From a virus (taxonomy: Duplodnaviria; Caudoviricetes): a stretch of DNA of 41,917 nt. The translations under genes were made by a program, and so were the position numbers. Below are positions 37,506-41,917 of the stretch, piece by piece. The notes below the pieces were generated by a model. That model was not told the DNA's origin, made no database searches, and saw only the letters and a list, made by a program, of their open reading frames with translations. Positions within the stretch are counted from its first letter, which is position 1. Every line of letters starts with the position of its first letter. The stretch covers positions 1 to 41,917 of the IMG/VR virus record IMGVR_UViG_3300049847_000328; one strand, 5' to 3'.

Positions 37506-37888
37506 AAAAGTATTTAATAACAGGCGCAGTTTGTTTTTTAATCGGAGCAGTAACAACTAGATATTTTGTTAAAGCAAATGTTGAAACTAAAATTGAGAAG
37601 GTTGAAGTAGTAAAAACAATTGAAAATGTTAAGGTTGTTAAAGAAACAAGACCGGATGGTACTGTTATTGAAACAAAAGAAACTACTGTAGAAAAAGATA
37701 AATCTACAGTAGCTAAAAGTGAGAAAAAAAATGTAGCTCCACGTTGGAATGTGAGTGTAAGTAAAGATTTACTTAACGACTCTCAATGGAGCGGAAGCGT
37801 TAGCCGTAGTATTTTTGATAACATCTACGTTGGCGTTACATACAGAACGAATAACGTATTTGGTATAGGCGTTACGGTAACTTTCTAG
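37502..37888 (+). CDS. Membrane-anchored protein, possibly spanin-like
   Basis: N-terminal TM, V/E/K/T-rich stalk, amphipathic beta strands ending in Phe. Confidence 0.65.
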   Translation: MKKYLITGAVCFLIGAVTTRYFVKANVETKIEKVEVVKTIENVKVVKETRPDGTVIETKETTVEKDKSTVAKSEKKNVAPRWNVSVSKDLLNDSQWSGSVSRSIFDNIYVGVTYRTNNVFGIGVTVTF

Positions 37889-38020
37889 TAACGTATCTTT
37901 TAAAGCACTTATACCTGTTAGGATTCTTCCTGAATCACTGTAATTATCATTAAGAACACATTGTTGTAGTTCATCTTGAAGTTGTTTTAGTTGTTTTTCT
38001 AAATCGTTAATTGTCATCAT
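37769..38020 (-). CDS. Hypothetical coiled-coil protein
   Basis: ATGA-coupled with AAGGA RBS; 3' end overlaps the convergent gene by 120 nt. Confidence 0.55.
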   Translation of the reverse strand: MMTINDLEKQLKQLQDELQQCVLNDNYSDSGRILTGISALKDTLLESYRNAYTKYVIRSVCNANVDVIKNTTANASAPLRVVK

Positions 38021-38493
38021 TTAGTATTCCTTTTAAATAACTCAACACACTGTTTAATAAATAAACCATACATTAATATCTGTTCTTCTGTATATCTTTG
38101 GTCTTTACCAATTTCTTTAAATCCTAATTCCCATTCAGATACTGGCATATAAATACAACCAATTCTTAATGTACCATCTGGTGTATAATACGCAACATGT
38201 TGTTCATAATTAAAAATCATTGTGCCTGTTTCGCGTAAGTTCGCAAAGCTTAAGTCCGCAAAGCTTAAGTCCGCAGAGCTTAAGTCCGCAAAGCTTAAGT
38301 CCGCAAAGCTTAAGTCCGCAGAGCTTAAGTCCGCAGAGCTTAAGTCCGCAGAGCTTAAGTTCGCAAAGCTTAAGTTCGCAGAGCGTAAGTTCGCAAAGCG
38401 TAAGTCCGCACGCTCGCCGTTTTCTTCTCCACGTACCCACTTACCATGTTTATCTAAAATATCTTTTAATTCTTGTTCATTTATTATTCTCAT
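38017..38493 (-). CDS. Pentapeptide-repeat protein
   Basis: About 12 A(D/N)L(S/R)(S/F) repeats after HGKW...GERADL. Confidence 0.93.
   Translation of the reverse strand: MRIINEQELKDILDKHGKWVRGEENGERADLRFANLRSANLSFANLSSADLSSADLSSADLSFADLSFADLSSADLSFADLSFANLRETGTMIFNYEQHVAYYTPDGTLRIGCIYMPVSEWELGFKEIGKDQRYTEEQILMYGLFIKQCVELFKRNTK
38233..38410. repeat. 15-bp tandem repeat (about 12 units)
   Basis: gcttaagtccgca(a/g)a units encoding the pentapeptides. Confidence 0.95.
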
Positions 38494-38494
38494 A

Positions 38495-38707
38495 TTAACA
38501 TCCTTTATTGTTGGCAGATAATTCCATTACTAATCTGTAATCACTAAGACTTGGATCATCAATTTCATCAAACGTAGCAATATAACTATAATCTCTACTG
38601 TACTCAAATTTGTGTACACGATAATATTCATCAAAGTAAATAATAGTAGTAATACCATCAATTTCGGTTCTATCTATTTCTGATAATTTACATTTTAAAC
38701 GTAACAT
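38495..38707 (-). CDS. Hypothetical protein
   Basis: GGAGG RBS; coupled. Confidence 0.7.
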   Translation of the reverse strand: MLRLKCKLSEIDRTEIDGITTIIYFDEYYRVHKFEYSRDYSYIATFDEIDDPSLSDYRLVMELSANNKGC

Positions 38708-39009
38708 TATTTATTTCCTCCATTTTGATATTCATCAACATATGATTCAAATAATTCAAACGTTGTGCTATCCATTTCATCCGATGTCTTGCCTTTATGA
38801 TCAGAAGTAAATCCATTTTCTGGATTATATTTATAATGCATCCAATATTTGGTATCTATGTTGAGTAGGTCTCCATTTTCTTTATAGTTAAGAGATAAGC
38901 ACATAATAATTTCATGCTCCTCTCCGCGGCTATCTGTATAACTAAAAGATCTAGTATCTAAAACTTCATGTGTCATTCCAAAATAATTATCTGTATCTGT
39001 TAAGCTCAT
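38707..39009 (-). CDS. Hypothetical acidic protein
   Basis: AAGGAG RBS directly after sigma-28 promoter. Confidence 0.75.
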   Translation of the reverse strand: MSLTDTDNYFGMTHEVLDTRSFSYTDSRGEEHEIIMCLSLNYKENGDLLNIDTKYWMHYKYNPENGFTSDHKGKTSDEMDSTTFELFESYVDEYQNGGNK

Positions 39010-39027
39010 ATTTATCTCCTTGTTATA

Positions 39028-39663
39028 TTACTTATCGGTAGGTTGTTTTAAAACTTTAATGTTTTTTAAAAAATAATCTATAAACATGCCTGTATATATT
39101 GCAGTAGATTGACTACTGCCGCTTAATGAGATTCCATATGCTTCTTTATCTTTACCATCTATAAAGATATCAACAGGTGTACCATAATTAGACGATTTTT
39201 GTGTATTTGCAACAACAACTATTCTTTTGTCAGCACACGCAGGATAATAATCACATTTTTTTGATAGACTTCTACTATCATTACCGCTTGCGGCAATAAA
39301 AATACCACCGCTATCTAAGAATTTTTTAATAAGGCGAGTTTCTTCTTTATCTTCATAAACACCACCTCCGCTATAGTTAATAATGTGTACTCTATGGTGT
39401 ATAGCATCCTGTATAGCTTTTATTGTTGCTCTATTATCTTTAACTAAAAAGACTTTATATATATAAAAACAATAGTTATTTGAATTTGCATATTTTTGAA
39501 TTAAACCTGTAACATTTGTTCCATGACCATGAGTGTCATTTATATTTTGGTTATACTTAACACATGTTGGTAAGGAATTAAGGTATTCAAGTTTAAATCC
39601 GGTGTCCATAACAGCAACCTTTAGTTGCGCAAAACTTAGTGACATAAATAACATAATAAACAT
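39028..39663 (-). CDS. Secreted subtilisin-like (S8) serine protease
   Basis: Signal peptide; VMDTG, HGHGT, ASGND, SGSSQST; GGAGG before ATG 39663. Confidence 0.88.
   Translation of the reverse strand: MFIMLFMSLSFAQLKVAVMDTGFKLEYLNSLPTCVKYNQNINDTHGHGTNVTGLIQKYANSNNYCFYIYKVFLVKDNRATIKAIQDAIHHRVHIINYSGGGVYEDKEETRLIKKFLDSGGIFIAASGNDSRSLSKKCDYYPACADKRIVVVANTQKSSNYGTPVDIFIDGKDKEAYGISLSGSSQSTAIYTGMFIDYFLKNIKVLKQPTDK
39032..39058 (-). promoter_or_regulatory. Sigma-28 (FliA) promoter
   Basis: TAAAGTTT-N11-ACCGATAA on the minus strand, then AAGGAG and ATG 39009. Confidence 0.88.
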
Positions 39664-39675
39664 ACTAACCTCCAC

Positions 39676-39969
39676 AGTTAGAATCTACTATATATTTAAT
39701 TTTGGCGCAATATTTAGCTGTACCGTGTTGCATTGTGAAACAGGTTAGATTTAAAGCAAGCGTAGCTTTAGCTATATAAACGGTAATCGCCTGTAGTGCA
39801 TTATATTGGATTGCATGGTAGTACTTAGTAGTGACTTACCCAGATTGAGTAGTCAAATACCCATTATGGGCAGACCTATCCTTAAGTGTGCCTTTCGCTA
39901 CAGGCACTTGACGGCCTGCGCTCACAACAAATTGGCTTGGTTAGATTAGTGGAGCTTAATCGCTCCATA
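39676..39969 (-). ncRNA. Candidate structured 5' leader or small RNA
   Basis: About 290 nt without a credible ORF, behind a consensus promoter; local hairpins; complementary to 741-829. Confidence 0.45.
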
Positions 39970-39975
39970 AGGTCA

Positions 39976-40005
39976 ATTATAATCATGTGTATCAAAACGT
40001 GTCAA
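39976..40005 (-). promoter_or_regulatory. Sigma-70 promoter
   Basis: TTGACA-N18-TATAAT on the minus strand; spacer contains TTTTGATACA. Confidence 0.8.
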
Positions 40006-40334
40006 GTATTATTTGCTCCAAATGGCAAAATTTCGTTATCTTTAGTCTCTTGTCCATATTGTTCGCGTGTTCTGTACGATTTTTTTCGTACAATCGGTGT
40101 ATTATTTTGACGCATAACCTTGCGAATTTCTAATGGAATGTTTACGTATAAAGCCATAAGTTCAAGTCTAGTTTTAACTTTATAGAATTTATATATTAGA
40201 CTCAATCTTGCTTTAAGTGTTTTGACCTTAATTCCTAGGACCATTGCTACTACGTGTAGGTCTTTACCACTAAGTAATGCGTGTAGAGTTTGTAATCTAA
40301 GTTCTTTTGATATTTCTATATTGTTTCTTCTCAT
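40002..40334 (-). CDS. LuxR-type HTH transcriptional regulator
   Basis: LLSGKDLHVVAMVLGIKVKTLKARLSLIYKFYKVKTRLEL matches the LuxR C-terminal pattern. Confidence 0.78.
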   Translation of the reverse strand: MRRNNIEISKELRLQTLHALLSGKDLHVVAMVLGIKVKTLKARLSLIYKFYKVKTRLELMALYVNIPLEIRKVMRQNNTPIVRKKSYRTREQYGQETKDNEILPFGANNT

Positions 40335-40395
40335 ACCCTATAATTGCCTGATTCTGGCAAAAACACAATACGTTGTATCACATTGGTACCTACGG

Positions 40396-40424
40396 TTGAC
40401 AGTTTATAATTTACTATATACTAT
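40396..40424 (+). promoter_or_regulatory. Sigma-70 promoter
   Basis: TTGACA-N17-TACTAT upstream of AAGGAG and ATG 40466. Confidence 0.7.
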
Positions 40425-40465
40425 GTACTCTATAAGCGTACATTTGTACGTTAAAAGGAGACAAA

Positions 40466-40639
40466 ATGATTGCACTACTAATAACCCTAGCACTAGCCCA
40501 AGAACCTGAAATAGTTAATGATGATCTACAACTAATTGATATAGAATTTGTAGATAAAGTTGAGTCAGAACTTAATGATGAAATTGATATGCCTAAAATC
40601 CAAAGTATTAACGAATTAGCTTTTGTGGAGCAAAAATGA
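40466..40639 (+). CDS. Small acidic protein with signal peptide (57 aa)
   Basis: MIALLITLALAQEPEIV...; AAGGAG RBS; ATGA-coupled; not in ORF track. Confidence 0.7.
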   Translation: MIALLITLALAQEPEIVNDDLQLIDIEFVDKVESELNDEIDMPKIQSINELAFVEQK

Positions 40640-40836
40640 AAGTAATTAAATATGTAGACATTGAAGTTGATGGAATAGATACTAATGATCATCCGGACTA
40701 TGTTGATGCTTATGTTGAAAGTGCAACAGCAGTTATGGAAGATGGTAGTATGCGAGAAGCAACAGAAGATGAACTTGAGGCACTGACAGAAGATAGTGAA
40801 CTTATGAGCAGTCTTATTACGGAGAGGATATATTAA
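40636..40836 (+). CDS. Acidic phage hypothetical protein
   Basis: DGIDTNDHPDYVDAYVESA...EATEDELE. Confidence 0.8.
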   Translation: MKVIKYVDIEVDGIDTNDHPDYVDAYVESATAVMEDGSMREATEDELEALTEDSELMSSLITERIY

Positions 40837-41096
40837 TGTTGACTCGTGGTATGTTTATAAAGCATGATAAGTTTATGGATGTCTGTATTAGAATAGACAA
40901 GTCGCCAATTAAACTGCCAGATGGTAGATACGTTGTGCGTGGTACGTTTTGGAATATGGCCTTTGTTGATTCTTATAGTTTACGTATAAAGTTTATTCGT
41001 AAGCTAACAGTAGAAGATATCCGTAATAACTGGACTGCAACTCTGGCTGGAGAAAATGACACTTGTCTCCGATATAACAAATGGGTGAGATTATGA
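40836..41096 (+). CDS. Hypothetical protein
   Basis: GAGG RBS; coupled. Confidence 0.75.
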   Translation: MLTRGMFIKHDKFMDVCIRIDKSPIKLPDGRYVVRGTFWNMAFVDSYSLRIKFIRKLTVEDIRNNWTATLAGENDTCLRYNKWVRL

Positions 41097-41317
41097 AAAT
41101 ATATGCTATAATGTTTGGATTCTATTCTGGTATGGATAACGCTGAATATGAGTCATTCTGGTCCACTAAAGAGAAGGCAGTAAATCAGATGATGGTTTAC
41201 GTTAAAAACCGTAATCTAAAACAGCAGCTAAATCGCAAGACTAAAGAATTAATTGACGTTTATAGTGACGGAGATTACTATTGTTATGTTACAGAAATTC
41301 CACTCGATGAGGTATAA
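41093..41317 (+). CDS. Hypothetical protein
   Basis: ATGA-coupled start MKIYAI preferred. Confidence 0.7.
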   Translation: MKIYAIMFGFYSGMDNAEYESFWSTKEKAVNQMMVYVKNRNLKQQLNRKTKELIDVYSDGDYYCYVTEIPLDEV

Positions 41318-41319
41318 TT

Positions 41320-41547
41320 ATGAAATCAATTTTTAATTTTTTTATGGTGCTAATACCAGGATCTATATTTTATATTGATATGGCAGATGAAGGAATAATT
41401 CTTGTATCTAAAGGTATTGAACTTAAAAGACTATATATCTCATTTCATATCGGATTAACTAATGTTGATAGTTGCTATGAGATACTTGTTGGTAATACTA
41501 TTAATAGATTAAACCCATCAAGACTAACTTACATTGGGAGAGTATAA
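41320..41547 (+). CDS. Hypothetical protein
   Basis: GAGG RBS; similar to next gene. Confidence 0.7.
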   Translation: MKSIFNFFMVLIPGSIFYIDMADEGIILVSKGIELKRLYISFHIGLTNVDSCYEILVGNTINRLNPSRLTYIGRV

Positions 41548-41762
41548 TGAATTTTTTTAAATTTGTAATAGCACTAAGACCAGGTACTATTCTCTATGAT
41601 AAAACCACAGACCAGTTACTTATATCCTGTGGTTGTAAGTCATACCTGTATCGGCTACGTTATGGGCTAAGTCTCAAAACGGCACTAACTTTTGGGTACC
41701 CATTAGAACTAACCAATGTAAAGAATCTACGTAACTTTACTATAGTCGGAAGGTTAAAATAG
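41547..41762 (+). CDS. Hypothetical protein
   Basis: Coupled; 3' half lies in the terminal repeat. Confidence 0.7.
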   Translation: MNFFKFVIALRPGTILYDKTTDQLLISCGCKSYLYRLRYGLSLKTALTFGYPLELTNVKNLRNFTIVGRLK

Positions 41763-41917
41763 CTATATCTTATACCTACTATAAGTAACGTTTATGTGTC
41801 TATTATTTATTCATTTATGGTGCCAATTAACGGCACCTATCTATAACCATTATATATCATTTATAATCAATATCTACCTCCATTAGCTACCTAACGTAGC
41901 CAACCACCGGTAGCGTT
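41657..41917. repeat. Imperfect terminal direct repeat, right copy
   Basis: See 1-291. Confidence 0.95.

Noticed and set aside
38233-38410. CRISPR array
   Set aside because: Contiguous tandem units with no spacers, inside a CDS
38210-38521. Repetitive ORFs (LKLCG, SLSPQ, KLKSA) in other frames
   Set aside because: Shadows of the 15-bp repeat; only 38017-38493 has sensible flanks and operon coupling
41653-41901. 10-bp inverted repeat GGCTACGTTA/TAACGTAGCC as a MITE-like element
   Set aside because: One arm is inside a CDS, with no target duplication or transposase; may belong to the local repeat network or be chance

Overview
The window is an apparently complete (about 41.7 kb unit length), AT-rich, tailed dsDNA phage genome of siphovirus type. 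Positions 1-291 recur, imperfectly, at 41657-41917. No integrase, tRNA or CRISPR array was recognised. Layout: (i) a ~1.1 kb repeat-rich non-coding region; (ii) a rightward early/middle arm (1.2-13.1 kb) with small membrane proteins, a collagen-like lipoprotein, HAD phosphatase, ClpP-like protease, DEDD exonuclease, DUF5664 protein, Cas4/RecB-like nuclease, Rad52-like Sak, primase-helicase and family B DNA polymerase; (iii) a leftward morphogenesis operon (36.1 to 13.2 kb) running from terminase, portal, scaffold and capsid through fibres, holin, tail tube, G/GT chaperones with a -1 slippery site and tape measure to the tail tip; (iv) an accessory end with amidase endolysin, secreted ClpP-like and subtilase proteases, a spanin-like protein, a pentapeptide-repeat protein and a LuxR-type HTH. 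Most notable: three near-perfect sigma-28 (FliA) promoters driving small-gene operons, and two non-coding regions, each behind a leftward sigma-70 promoter with an identical spacer motif, whose predicted transcripts are complementary over 31 + 11 nt. The latter is a candidate trans-pairing RNA system controlling a secreted protease. All calls come from reading motifs by eye; no searches were run.
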